A DNA stretch of 39,451 nucleotides from a phage: the sequence record PZ445455.1. One strand, 5' to 3'. The position numbers and the translations under genes are program-made. Below the pieces are notes generated by a model. The model was not told where the DNA came from and searched no databases. It worked only from the letters and a program-made list of their open reading frames with translations. Shown here one piece after another: positions 39,443 to 39,451 of the stretch; the first letter of the stretch is position 1; each line of letters starts with the position of its first letter.

Positions 39443-39451
39443 GGAGGCAAC

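Overview
The window is essentially a complete genome of a T7-like podophage (Autographiviridae, T7 group), about 39.45 kb, with all genes on the + strand in canonical T7 order. It is circularly permuted: it opens at the GTG start of the terminase large subunit (gene 19), runs through the right genome end and a single collapsed terminal-repeat copy (about 2425-2573), then the left end, early promoters A1-A3 and genes 0.3 through 18.7. The final bases of the window (ggaggcaac) supply the ribosome-binding site for gene 19 at position 1. I identified genes by recognising near-identity to T7 proteins from memory; no database search was possible. The 17 phage-RNAP promoters, the early terminator TE, the late terminator Tphi, RNase III sites and the origin region are all recognisable. 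Against this conserved backbone, the loci that look unlike T7 are: (1) a different small membrane-anchored ORF in place of gene 0.5, with a remnant of the old 0.5 3' end behind it; (2) an HNH endonuclease gene between ligase and TE; (3) a tandem, diverged extra copy of the gene 1.5 mini-protein; (4) a second HNH endonuclease (with a C-terminal HTH) between endonuclease I and lysozyme; (5) a roughly 175-aa helical insertion in the middle of ejection protein gp16; (6) a replaced tail-fibre distal domain. T7 accessory genes 1.4, 2.8, 3.8, 5.3 and 7.7 appear absent. I found no self-contained multi-gene system unknown to T7 biology; the candidates above are single-gene or domain-level novelties.
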